DNA of 64,000 nt from Eledone cirrhosa. Lineage: Eukaryota. This document shows, one piece after another, positions 26,919 to 37,606 of this stretch. The stretch covers positions 353,710,001 through 353,774,000 of the forward strand of contig OZ024742.1 of NCBI GenBank assembly GCA_964016885.1, written 5' to 3'. The notes under the pieces were generated by a model, which saw only the letters and a list, made by a program, of their open reading frames with translations, was not told the DNA's origin and made no database searches. The stretch's first letter is position 1. Every line of letters begins with the position of its first letter. A program made the translations under genes and the position numbers.

Positions 26919-27435
26919 TTAGCCGGGAAGGGCAGGCAGTTTTTATCTGTCTGGTGGCCATGGCGAAAGAGATAGTATGGTGGACACGTTTGAAAGGGCT
27001 GAAGACGAGCACTTACCTCTTCGGTGATGCTCTGATTGACTTTTTCAAATTTCATTTGAAAAGGAAAATCAGAGTAGAGAAGGAAGTGCTCTCTTCCCAG
27101 CATTTTGTTGAAAGATGGGTGAGAGAAGCAAGAATGGCCCGAGTGAATGGGCCGACTCTGAGTATATATCTGTAAACTAAAGGTGGAAAACTGGGAGAGG
27201 GCACTTGCCTTGGTGGTCAGGGTCATTGTGGCTTTTTACTGGGCTTTCTCCACAAATGTCCCTCCGAAGTCTCCCCCCTATTGGGGAATTTTTCATTGTT
27301 ATTTTCATTGTTATTTTTGTTACATCCTCTGTTTTTGTTTTTTTACACGCAGAAATGCCCATTTGTACCGTCCTGCATTGTCCTGCACTGTCCTTAATGT
27401 CTACTTTATGTAAACCCTTGTGGTTAATAAAGAAA

Positions 27436-27437
<2 letters not shown>
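26919..27437 (+). mobile_element. 5'-truncated L1/Tx1-like copy (ORF2 end plus 3' UTR)
   Basis: Highly similar to 42943-43449 (MAKEIVWWTRLK..VNGPTLS); ends AATAAAGAAATC followed by (ATT)n. Confidence 0.9.

Positions 27438-27507
<70 letters not shown>
27438..27507. repeat. (ATT)n microsatellite
   Basis: Pure run between the Tx1 and R4 3' ends. Further runs at 27674-27708, 32587-32645 and 37556-37606. Confidence 0.95.
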
Positions 27508-27508
<1 letters not shown>

Positions 27509-27510
27509 AG

Positions 27511-27673
27511 TTGCATTTATCTTGCTTTATGTTCATACGAGTTATCACCAAGTCACAACCAGTGACCTCAAGAGACAACAAGGTCCGCCATGTTCAAGAA
27601 AGAACATACATACTCACACATGCATCTTTAGTGTTTAGACTTGTGATGTACTTATTATGTACTTATATTGACA
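27511..27673 (-). mobile_element. 3'-UTR-only copy of the intact R4/Dong element
   Basis: Nearly identical to 32646-32797 apart from a short duplication; flanked by (TAT)n. Confidence 0.9.
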
Positions 27674-27709
27674 TATTATTATTATTATTATTATTATTAT
27701 TGTTATTAC

Positions 27710-30700
27710 TCTTTGAGTCTCAGTCATTGATGTTAGTTAACTGGAAAGTATGTTGAGATGAATATCAAGCCACTACCTGCAGCCTCAGATATTCAGGACA
27801 TATCGGAAGGTTCTTTCTGTTCCCAGCAAGCATGCGTTTTGAAGCGTTCCAAAAAGCGTGAAGGGGCCAATTTTCTTTAACCATCCCTGGAAACTTTTGG
27901 AGATAGTCCCTAGTGCGCCTATGACAATCGGGATCACTCTGACTTCATGGCAGTTCCAAATCCTTTTTACCTCCCACTTTAAGTCTTGGTATCGGTTAAC
28001 TTTCTCCCTCTCCCTCTCTTGCACTCTCGTTTTGAATGGGCAGGCCACATCCACAATCAGGCACGATCTTTTTTCTTTGTCCAAAATCACCAGGTCAGGT
28101 CTATTGTGTTCCAGTTTCTTGTCCGTCTGTATCCTAAAATCCCACAGCACCTTCACCTGATCGTTTTCTATCACCGTATCTGGCTTATGCTCATACCACT
28201 TCTCAGAATGTGGTAAATTGTTTACTTGGCATAGGTGCCAGTGGATCACCCTACTCATCACATCGTGTATCCAACCCTTATAGTTAGTCTGGGCTAGGTA
28301 TATTCACTAGGATACAATGTGAGCCACAGTCTCCTCTCTCTCTCCACAGATCCTGCAAAGTGAGCTAGCCTCTTCCTTGTAAATATGGTGTTTCAACCAC
28401 TTCGATTTGAGGGCCTGCTCCTGCGCAGCCATTAACATTCCTTCTGTAGCCTTTTTAAGGTCTCCTCGTTTCAACCAGTTCTATGTCTGTGGATCTCTAA
28501 ATTCAGTTTTCCCAAAGAAGGTACCATGAAGGGATTTTTCCTGAAGGCTGCTCTTTCTCCTTGATGTTATTTCCTCCTTGGACATCCCCTGGTCTGTTGT
28601 CCCCTCCTTCAGTACAGTTCTGAGCATTGGCTCCTTACTATCAGTCACGTATTTGTGTAGGTTGTTTTTCTCCATCTGAACACAGTCCTCTTAGCTGATA
28701 AGACCTCTTCCACCTTCAGATCTCCTTAAGTAGAGTCTATCGACATCACTCCTCGTGGAACATGTTGTAGATAGTCAATAGTTTCCTAGTCTTCCTATCC
28801 ATTTCTTTTTGTTCAGCAACATTCCATCTCAGAATTCCCGCACTGTACCTAATAATAGACATAGCTCGGGAATTTACTGCACTTATGGCATTCCTACTGT
28901 TCAGATGTGACTTTAATACGCTCCGTACTCTCCGAATGTATTCAGTTCTTATCAATTCCTTCATTTTTTTGTTCTTGATGTCATCAGCCTCCAGAACACC
29001 CAAATACTTGTATCCTTCTTCAGAGACAATTTCCTTTATCATCTCACCTGTTGGTACCTGGATACCGTTACTTCTGCTCAATTTACCCCTATTCATCACA
29101 AGGACTCCACACTTACTAATACCAAATTGCATACATATATCATTGCTGAAAATACGGACAGTGTCAACAAGCACATCCAACTCTTTCTCACTCTTCTCGA
29201 AGAGCTTAAGATCGTACCTGAAGAGGAGGTGATTGATAGTAAGCCCTCCCTTTCCCAACCTGTATCCTGCCCTCACTTTTCGCAGTACACTGGTCAGGGG
29301 CATCAGGGCAAGGACAAACAACAGAGGGGACAGACTATCTCTCTGGAAGATACCTATCTTGATCTTCACGCTTCCCAAGGATTCTCCAGTTGGTGTTAAC
29401 TCTGTTTCCCAGAACTTCATACGTTTGCCCAACAACTGTCTGATGTTATCTGCCACCTTGAAGATCTCCAGGCTTTTGGTGATCCAAGAATGAGGCACCA
29501 TGTCAAATGCCTTTTTGTAGTCTATCCATCCCATGGCAAGCCCAGTGTTTCTCCTCTTGCAATTCCTCATTACCATCTTATCAATAAGTAACCGGTCATT
29601 TGTACCACGTGATTTCTTTCGGCAACCTTTCTGTTCGTCCGGTAACAAGTTGTTTGTGTGGAGGTGAAAGTAGATTTCCTCAGACATAATGCCTGTCAAC
29701 AGTTTCCACATTACGGACAGACATGTGATAGGTCTATAGTTGGTAACATCATTATACTTGATTCGGTCTTTCATTATCAGGACTATGGTACCTTTTGTCA
29801 ACCACTCTGGTACCTCCCCTATCAGCAAGCAGTCATTGAACATGGTTGTAGTTTCGGGTGGAGGGATGTTATATGTTTAATTCAATACCCCTGCACACCA
29901 TCTGGGCCTGGTGATTTTCAGTTGGTTAGTCTTTTGGCCTGCCCCTTAAGAGTTTCAACTGTGATAATCAAATCTGTTTGTTGGTGTGCCTGTTCACTAA
30001 TCTCCTTCTGTACTGTCTCAATCCACACTGCCTGGTCATTATGTTTAACATCCTGCTCCCATATTCCTCTCCAGAATGTTTTAGTTTGTTCCGTCTCAGG
30101 AATCAAGTCGTTGCCTCTTTCTTTCCCTCCCAGCTGTCCAAAAGCATCTTCTGGTTGTGTTGTTGTAGAACATGCGGTTCTCTCTATACTGACTGACTCT
30201 GTTCTCGTAGCGCCTGATTTTTGCACTCTTTGCTACAATGCGTTGCTTCAGTTCCTCTATGATAATATTTAGCTTTTTCCTCCTAGTTTTGTACTTTATT
30301 TCCAATGTATTTTTAGTGTCTATATTTTTTAGTGTCCCATTCAGTAGGGACTCAAGCTTTCCAATGTCAGTTCTCATTTCCCTGATTTGACCATTCAGTC
30401 GTCTCTTCTACCAAGGTTGTTTGTTGTTTCCTCTCGCTTTTATGCCAAGTAATTTCCTTACCGCATGTGATGTTGCTTTGAGGATATTGTTGCACCGGTG
30501 AAGGCTCCTCGCCTCAACGTATGGGATGACTTTGTTTACCTTAGCTGTTGTTTCTTATAACCTTTTCCTGTCTACAAATCTTAGGTTCATAGGTTTCCCA
30601 CTATCATTGTTCAATTCATCTACCACTAAGTTTAGGATATCAACCAAATCGTGTCCTAGCCCGTCAGCATTCATCTCCTCAATGGCCGTATCTTTGTTCC

Positions 30701-31310
30701 AGGTATTATTTATTTCAGCATTCAGATCATTGTCTGCTTCGGATGGTTCCTCCGTTTTCTCAACCTCTTCACCTTCATTTCCCACTGCTTTGTTTGCCTG
30801 GCATATTCCACTCTCCATTTCCAAGCTAATCTCTCTGCTCAGTTCTTCCAGTTCCAGCTCGCTTATCCACCCATTAGTTCTTATTACCCGAGCCTGTCCG
30901 GCCAATTTTTGTTCATCTAATTTAAATAGACCAATCCCGTTCCAGATGTTATGCATCCGTTTCCTATAGCCTTTCTCCTTGGGGTTACTCTTCAGGTAAC
31001 ATTGCATAACAGTTCTATACAATTCTTTCGTTCAGTCGGTTCTGGCCCCTTTCCTTCTTCTTCCTCCGACACCAGCGGTATTTGGTTGACAGCCAGGTCC
31101 CTGCTGCTGAGCCAGGGAGCACCTGTTGGGTGAGAGTCTGTCACATGACATTCTAGTCTCCATTTTAGCGTTATTCGAACTGTTTAGGTTCGACATTTAA
31201 ACACTCTTATCGAGGATTGGCGAATGTATCGTTACATAACCACCGGTGATTTCATCACCTCTGGTGATTTCGTCACTCCCGGTGATTTCTGTGTGGTATT
31301 ATCACGCTGT
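27710..31310 (-). mobile_element. R4/Dong-like RLE non-LTR retrotransposon, decayed (coding about 27785-31196)
   Basis: NYRPITCL; WIDYKKAFDMVPHSW; GIFQRDSLSPLLF; YKYLGV; CRIC..ETVAH knuckle; RPDLVILD..IVDVACP..EKVNRYQDL RLE. Fragmented ORFs; (TAA)n downstream. Confidence 0.85.
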
Positions 31311-31329
31311 AGACGAACATAAATAAACA

Positions 31330-32586
31330 AACAAACAAACAGGCCCCCCCCCCCAAAAAAAAAAATGAATTAGCAGAAGTTTCATTGTAATGTAATGTTT
31401 GAAAGTCTGACTTAGTTTTTCCCTTCCCTTCTCTGTCCTTCTGTTTGTTCTTCTCTTCATTTTTCTTTTCTTTACGTTTTTCGTTGTTGCTGTGCTGCTT
31501 TGATTTTCATTTTTGTTTTTTTTTATTTTGACCGGGTCATCAATTCAGTCTATTTATATATTTTGATGCCTTCCTCTTTTAGTGGGGACACTACGATGTA
31601 GCAGGAGGTAGCGGGAGAAAATAGTGGCGGTAGTGATAATGGGGCAGTGGTGTTGGTGGTGGTGGCGGTGCTGTGCTAGTAGTACCTAGCAGGAGGTAGT
31701 GGGAGAGAATAGCGGCGGAAGCGATAATGAGGCAGTGGTGGTGGTGATGTGATAGTAGTACTCTAGTGATGGTGTTGAAGTTGGAGTAGAAATAGCGGTT
31801 GAGGCAACTTGACCAGAGTTTTAAGCGTGGTAGTGGTGGTGGTGTTGGTGGTGAAATTATCTTTAGCTATTTAGCTATTTTGTCATTTTGCCATTTTTCT
31901 CCTTTTCGACTCTAACATTCCTGAATCAAAATTAAATTTTAATCTTGTTTATTAATATTGTCTAGTTATACCGCCACATTCCCCTTTCGTAAGTTAACAG
32001 AAGGTAATGGGGGAATAGCGGTGGTAGCAATGAAGGAGTGGTGGCGGCGGTGATGGGATAGTTGTAGTAATGATGGATGGGTGGTGGCGGCGGTTACTGT
32101 AGTGATGGCGTTGTGATTACTAAGTTTTGCTGAATAGACTATATTTTTCTTTGATCGGAGACTCTATGCGGTTAGTCGCGTATATGTGTTGACATATTTT
32201 TCTTAATATTGGAATTAAACATTTTGTGAAAACTTGAGACAATAATAATAGTAATTATAATTATTATGCTGGGATTAGTGGTGGTGGTGGTGAAATTGCC
32301 GTTATCTGGCTGTTGCATTTAGTGTACACAGAGGAGTGATGGGGTAGGTGGTGTATCTAGTTTGTGGTGTTGGTGAAATTGCTATTATTTGGCTGTTCTA
32401 TATAGTGTAGACAGAGGGGTTTTCTTCCATTTATAACAATTTTCTTTTTTGAATGTAAAATGTATATTACAACATTGAATATTTGAGCGATATAACAATA
32501 TATTATGAGGCTTGAGTCTGGTGCTTTATGCATCATTTCTACTAAGAATTGTTATTTCACAGTTGATTTAAATATGTTAAAAATCA
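31330..32586 (-). mobile_element. Possible decayed 5' part (UTR and low-complexity ORF1) of a Tx1-like LINE
   Basis: C/A-rich low complexity on the minus strand like the ORF1 regions at 37.8 and 43.7 kb; 31970-32586 is a diverged copy of 36940-37496. Confidence 0.35.
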
Positions 32587-32605
32587 ATTATTATTATTAT
32601 TATTA

Positions 32606-32646
<41 letters not shown>

Positions 32647-32786
32647 TGCATTTATCTTGCTTTATGTTTATACGAGTTATCACCAAGTCACAACCAGTGA
32701 CCTCAAGAGACAACAAGGTCCGCCATGTTCAAGAAAGAACACACATATTCACACATGCATCCTTAGTGTTTAGACTTGTGATGTAC

Positions 32787-35700
32787 TTATATTGACAGGA
32801 TCTTCCTTAGTATATGGGCAGTTCCCATTAGTACTATCTTTTGTATTTCTCCTATACGCGGGTTTCCTGGGATTTGCGATAAGTAGTCGTTAGACCCCTT
32901 AGGTATCATTCCCAGAGCGCCTACAACCACTGGTATTGTTTTAGTTCTCAATTTCCACATTTTTCCAATTTCTATCTCCAGGTCCTTATACTTGCTCAAT
33001 TTTTCAAATGTTTTTATAGATACATTCTTGTCTATTGGAACAGACATATCAATTAGCAGGCATACCCTCCTTTGAAAGTCCTTCAATATTATATCAGGTC
33101 TATTTGCATCTATTTTTCGGTCTGTTTGGATTCTAAAGTTCCACAAGATTGAGATGTGATCTTTTTCAAGTATGGGAGGTGGTTGATGCTCCCACCAATT
33201 CTTTTGATGGGGCAGGTCAAAATGCTTACACATTATCCAATGTATGTATTGTGCAGCTCTGTCATGCCTGTTTAGGTATTCGGTTGGAGCTATAGGACTG
33301 CACATTGAAATTATATGGTCAATGGTCTCTGGTTGTTTTTTGCATACACGGCATAGTGGGCTGCACCCATTTTTTATTATGTTGGCTTGGTAATTTTTTG
33401 TTGGCAGACACTGATCTTGTGCGGATATAATCAGTCCTTCAGTCTCCGATTTCAGTCCAGAGGATGCCAACCACTGATGGGTTAAAGTTTTGTCAACATC
33501 AGGATTGTTAGCTCGCTCTGGGTATTTTCCATACAGAGGCTTTTCTTGCCATTTCTTAGCCAGTTTCTGTAGCAGTTCTTTCTTTGCAGTTACTTTTACC
33601 TGCTTTGCTTTTTCTGTGTTTTCCATTTCAGCAGTAAATGGGACTTCTGAAATTTGTAGTCCATTACTGTATCTTTGTGCATCTTTTGTAATGGAATATG
33701 ATCTTTTGGTGCTTTCGTGTTTCAAAACGAGTTTGATCATCCAATCATGTGATTCCCTTAGATATGTGGATAATCCAATTGTTGCAGTTTTCAACGCAAT
33801 GTCTAACTGGATTAACCCACGTCCTCCTTCTTTCCTAGGGAGATATATTCTATCTATGTCTGCCTTAGGGTGATGCATTCTGTGCATGGTTAAGAATTTT
33901 CGGATTTTTGTATCGAGCCTATGGATCTCTGTGCTTGACCAGTTGATGACATTGTAACTGTAGGTTACTACTGGTATGGCAAGCGTGTTTATGGCATCGA
34001 TCCTATTCCTTGCATTCAATTCCGTTCTTAAGATTGCTCTGACTCTGCGGTAACATTCCTTCCTTATCCTTTCCCTCATTGTCGAGTGCTTGATTCCGTC
34101 TCCTTCACAAACACCTAGATATTTGTAAGTTTGTTCTTGATCAAGCTCTCTTATCACGTTCCCCCGATCAAGATTAATGTCTGAACTCTTCAGCAGCTTT
34201 CCTCTGGTGAACGTTGCTTTGGCGCATTTATCCAGTCCAAACTCCATTTTAATGTCATCACTGAACTGCTTCACAGTGGATAATAGCCCTTGCAATTGTT
34301 CATCATTTTTTGCAAATAGTTTCAGGTCATCCATGTAGAACAGGTGATTAATGGTTTTGTCATAGACTCTATATCCATGTTTTGTTTCATTGAGCATTTT
34401 ACTTAATGGTATAAGTGCGATGCAGAATAAAAGCGGTGATAAAGAGTCACCCTGAAAAATTCCACAATTAATGTTAACTTCTCCAGCTTCCAGTGATTTT
34501 GTTTCACTATTCAAAAGGAGTGTCGTTCTCCATGTCCTCATACTGAATGACAAAAACCTCCTGACAACGGGGGATATTTTGAAAATCTCTAAACATTTTT
34601 CAATCCAACTGTGTGGCAAACTATCAAATGCTTTTTTATAATCTATCCAAGCAATCGATAGATTTTTGTGTCTATTATGACAATCTTCCAGTATCATTTT
34701 GTTAACCAGAAGCTGATCCTTACAGCCATATGAGCCTCGTTTACACCCTTTCTGCTCAATGGGAAATAGGTCATTTGTTATCAGGTGGTCATATGTGTAT
34801 TCAGTTAGGACTGATGTTAAAATTTTATACATTGTGGTCAAGCAGGTTATCGGTCTGTAATTTTTGGGATTGTTTGTCTCATCATTCTTCGGTAGCAGGA
34901 ATGTAATGCCGTTAACTAGCCATGATGGTATCTTTTCTGGCTCCTTAACTATTTCATTGTAAAGTTGGGCTAACAGCTCATGAGACTCTGTGAAGGCATT
35001 TATCCAAAAGTTTTGTATTTTGTCTTTTCCTGGGGATTTCCATTTGCTGGTTTTTCTTAGAGCCAAGCGCAGCTGTTCAACTGTTATATTTTCCCATGTT
35101 TGTTCTTCAAGGTGAGCTGTTTCTTTCATTTGTCTGTCTATCCATGGGGCATGTATGTTATGAACTTTTTCTTCGGCCCAGATCTTTTCCCAGAATTCTT
35201 GTACTTCCTCCTTGGGTGGTATTGATTTAGCAGTTATTGTTGACTTACCAATTTTTCTGTAGAAGTTTCTTTGGTTGTTTTTGAACATATTATTGTCCTT
35301 ATAGAATCTAGATCGTTTTTCAAAGCGCCTTATACGAGCAGCTTTGGCCGACACTTTTTGCTTGATTGTTTCTATCAGCATGTCTATGTCACATGTTGAT
35401 CTTATACTGTACTTTTTTTTTAATTTTCTAAGTTTAGTTTGTTTAACATGTTCACCTACTTTATAGTTTGTTAAAATGTCTATGTCAGATCGGAGAAGGT
35501 TTATTTGGCGATTGATGTTATCTTGCCAAGTAGATTTCTTGTGGGAATTCTTTTGTTTTTTCATCTTCACTCCACATAAGTGAGTGGTGACTTTAGCCGA
35601 TGCATAATAGAGATGATTTAAGTCAGTAATGTTTATTTTGTTTGTGATGATAATGTTTTTGAGAATTATGTTAGTCTTGTGTATTATCTTTTGGTTCTGT

Positions 35701-36437
35701 TTGGAGTTCTGGATCTTAGGGAGGGTGTCTCGTTCCCCCATGTCAGATTCTTTCATTTTCATCCATTCGATCATAATTTCATCCTTCAAGTTGGCAAGTT
35801 CATTCTCATTCATTTCTTTATCATTTACGATCTCATTATTTTCATTTGGAGTTTCATCCTGAGCATGCACTCCCTCCACTTTTTCGCTCCTTTCTTTAAT
35901 TTGTTCTGTTGCCAGTGATTCCGCCCCAACTCTGGGATTCGAAGTGTTACAGTTTACCTCGTTTTCACTGACACATGCTTCATTTTCCCTTCGCTGACTT
36001 TGTGCTACTAGCTTGATCTGATCAATTTCTATATCAGTTAGTAACTTTTTTCTTACAATATTTCTTCGTATATTGGCTAGTTTGTTACTGTCAATATAGC
36101 CTCTGTTTTCGGGATGTTTCTTTTTCCAGTTGATATATGTTTGCTCTGTATTCGATGTATTTGATGGGTAGTACATGGCAGTGTAGAAAGCCTCAAGGAC
36201 TTCTTTATTATCTTCCCTTGACCATTTTTCTCTCTTTTTCTTTGGATTTCTTGGTGGTGAGCATGGAGGGCCAACAGTAGGAGTATTCCGGTTATGGGAG
36301 GTCTCCAGCTCCGAAGTGATGGGAAGGTTTGAACCATTAGCTGATTTTTCGACCCCAGTCTGGTTCCTCTCTGAGGGACGCGGCCCTTTTTTACCCGGGT
36401 GACGGCCGATCCGGTATGAGATTTCATCATTAGACAT
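32787..36437 (-). CDS. 1216-aa reverse transcriptase / CCHC knuckle / restriction-like endonuclease protein
   Basis: N-terminal REKWSREDN (Myb-like); KSPGKD; NYRPITCL; WIDYKKAFDS; GIFQGDSLSPLLF; YMDD; YKYLG; CRVCKKQPETIDHIISMC; RPDIILKD..LIDMSVP..EKLSKY. Confidence 0.93.
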   Translation of the reverse strand: MSNDEISYRIGRHPGKKGPRPSERNQTGVEKSANGSNLPITSELETSHNRNTPTVGPPCSPPRNPKKKREKWSREDNKEVLEAFYTAMYYPSNTSNTEQTYINWKKKHPENRGYIDSNKLANIRRNIVRKKLLTDIEIDQIKLVAQSQRRENEACVSENEVNCNTSNPRVGAESLATEQIKERSEKVEGVHAQDETPNENNEIVNDKEMNENELANLKDEIMIEWMKMKESDMGERDTLPKIQNSKQNQKIIHKTNIILKNIIITNKINITDLNHLYYASAKVTTHLCGVKMKKQKNSHKKSTWQDNINRQINLLRSDIDILTNYKVGEHVKQTKLRKLKKKYSIRSTCDIDMLIETIKQKVSAKAARIRRFEKRSRFYKDNNMFKNNQRNFYRKIGKSTITAKSIPPKEEVQEFWEKIWAEEKVHNIHAPWIDRQMKETAHLEEQTWENITVEQLRLALRKTSKWKSPGKDKIQNFWINAFTESHELLAQLYNEIVKEPEKIPSWLVNGITFLLPKNDETNNPKNYRPITCLTTMYKILTSVLTEYTYDHLITNDLFPIEQKGCKRGSYGCKDQLLVNKMILEDCHNRHKNLSIAWIDYKKAFDSLPHSWIEKCLEIFKISPVVRRFLSFSMRTWRTTLLLNSETKSLEAGEVNINCGIFQGDSLSPLLFCIALIPLSKMLNETKHGYRVYDKTINHLFYMDDLKLFAKNDEQLQGLLSTVKQFSDDIKMEFGLDKCAKATFTRGKLLKSSDINLDRGNVIRELDQEQTYKYLGVCEGDGIKHSTMRERIRKECYRRVRAILRTELNARNRIDAINTLAIPVVTYSYNVINWSSTEIHRLDTKIRKFLTMHRMHHPKADIDRIYLPRKEGGRGLIQLDIALKTATIGLSTYLRESHDWMIKLVLKHESTKRSYSITKDAQRYSNGLQISEVPFTAEMENTEKAKQVKVTAKKELLQKLAKKWQEKPLYGKYPERANNPDVDKTLTHQWLASSGLKSETEGLIISAQDQCLPTKNYQANIIKNGCSPLCRVCKKQPETIDHIISMCSPIAPTEYLNRHDRAAQYIHWIMCKHFDLPHQKNWWEHQPPPILEKDHISILWNFRIQTDRKIDANRPDIILKDFQRRVCLLIDMSVPIDKNVSIKTFEKLSKYKDLEIEIGKMWKLRTKTIPVVVGALGMIPKGSNDYLSQIPGNPRIGEIQKIVLMGTAHILRKILSI

Positions 36438-36461
36438 CTACCTTATTTTGTCGCGTTTTAT

Positions 36462-36597
36462 CCTTAACCGCCAAGGGGTAATCTTTTCGTGTTACCACTT
36501 CTAGAACGAGTGTCAACCAAGACTAGAGGGGTCGTTCTCCCCTAGAGACATGGCTATTCCCCGCCGGCCGCCATCCCGGTATTTCTTGGTCACGGGG
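36462..36597 (-). ncRNA. Multi-pseudoknot structured RNA in R4 5' UTR, function unknown
   Basis: Nine complementary segment pairs in 136 nt, three of them crossing (listed in findings). Confidence 0.55.
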
Positions 36598-36683
36598 TTT
36601 TCTTTTTGTTGTTTTTTTTAAATTGTTATTATCATGAGTGGTACCTTAATGTGAGCATTGCGTGGCTTAAGAATGAAATTATT

Positions 36684-36735
36684 AATAATTGTCTCCACTC
36701 CAGGGACAAGGCCAGCAATCACCCAGTGCATTACA
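36684..36735 (-). mobile_element. S1 SINE 3' fragment
   Basis: ACAAGGCCAGCAATCACCCAGTGCATTAC. Confidence 0.6.
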
Positions 36736-36739
36736 ATAA

Positions 36740-37552
36740 TATAATATACTTTTTGTTGTAGTTGGCTGTTATTGCTGCTGGCTATGTCGGTGGTGGTGCC
36801 GGGGCTTTTTATATTGTTGGTGAGGAAGGGGTGAGCCAGCAGTCCCATAATTGTTGATGTAGACGTTTGTCCGTGGCAAGGTCACCAAGTCAATCTATTT
36901 ATATCTTTTGCTAGCCTCTCTCTTGTCTAGTGCTACCACCACCTTCCCTTTCTCTCTGAAGTTAACAGGGGAATAGTGTCAGTAGCATTGAATGAGTGGT
37001 GGCGGCGATGATGGATGTGGTGGGGAGGTGGCAGCGGTGGTGTTGTGGTTACTGATATAGTATCTATGAGTTTGTGTTCGTATGTTTAATATATATTTTC
37101 ATTATATTTTGTGTTGACATATTCCCGTAAAATTTGAATTAAACATTTTTTTAAATTTGAGACAATAATAATAGTAATTATTATTATGATGCCGGTGAAG
37201 TTGCCGTTATCTAGCTGTTATATTTAGTGTGATGGGATAGGTAGTGTATCAAGTTTCTGGTGTTGGTGAAATTGAAATTGCCGCTGTTCTATATAGTGTA
37301 GACAGAGGGTGTTTTGTTCCATTTATAACCATTTTCTTTTTTTGAATACAAAATATATAATACAAAATTGAATATTTGAGCGATACAACAATATAATATG
37401 GATCCGAAACTTTATGGGACCTCATTCGGTGCCTTTATGCAACATTTGTGCTAAGAATTGTTCTTTCACAATTGATTTAAATATGTTAAAAATCAAAAAA
37501 CTTACGGGAGCAATTTCGTGACGTTCAACCACCTCGTGCGTCTTCTTCCCTT

Positions 37553-37555
<3 letters not shown>
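36740..37555 (-). mobile_element. Possible decayed 5' part of a Tx1-like LINE
   Basis: Starts beside (TAA)n; carries GCTCCCGTAAGTT (37499-37511, minus), also present near the 5' end of the Tx1 copy at 43468. Confidence 0.35.

Positions 37556-37606
<51 letters not shown>

Larger units (their letters stand above)
32646..36597 (-). mobile_element. R4/Dong-like RLE non-LTR retrotransposon, full length
   Basis: Single intact ORF, structured 5' UTR of about 160 bp, 3' UTR of about 140 bp ending in (TAA)n. Confidence 0.9.
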
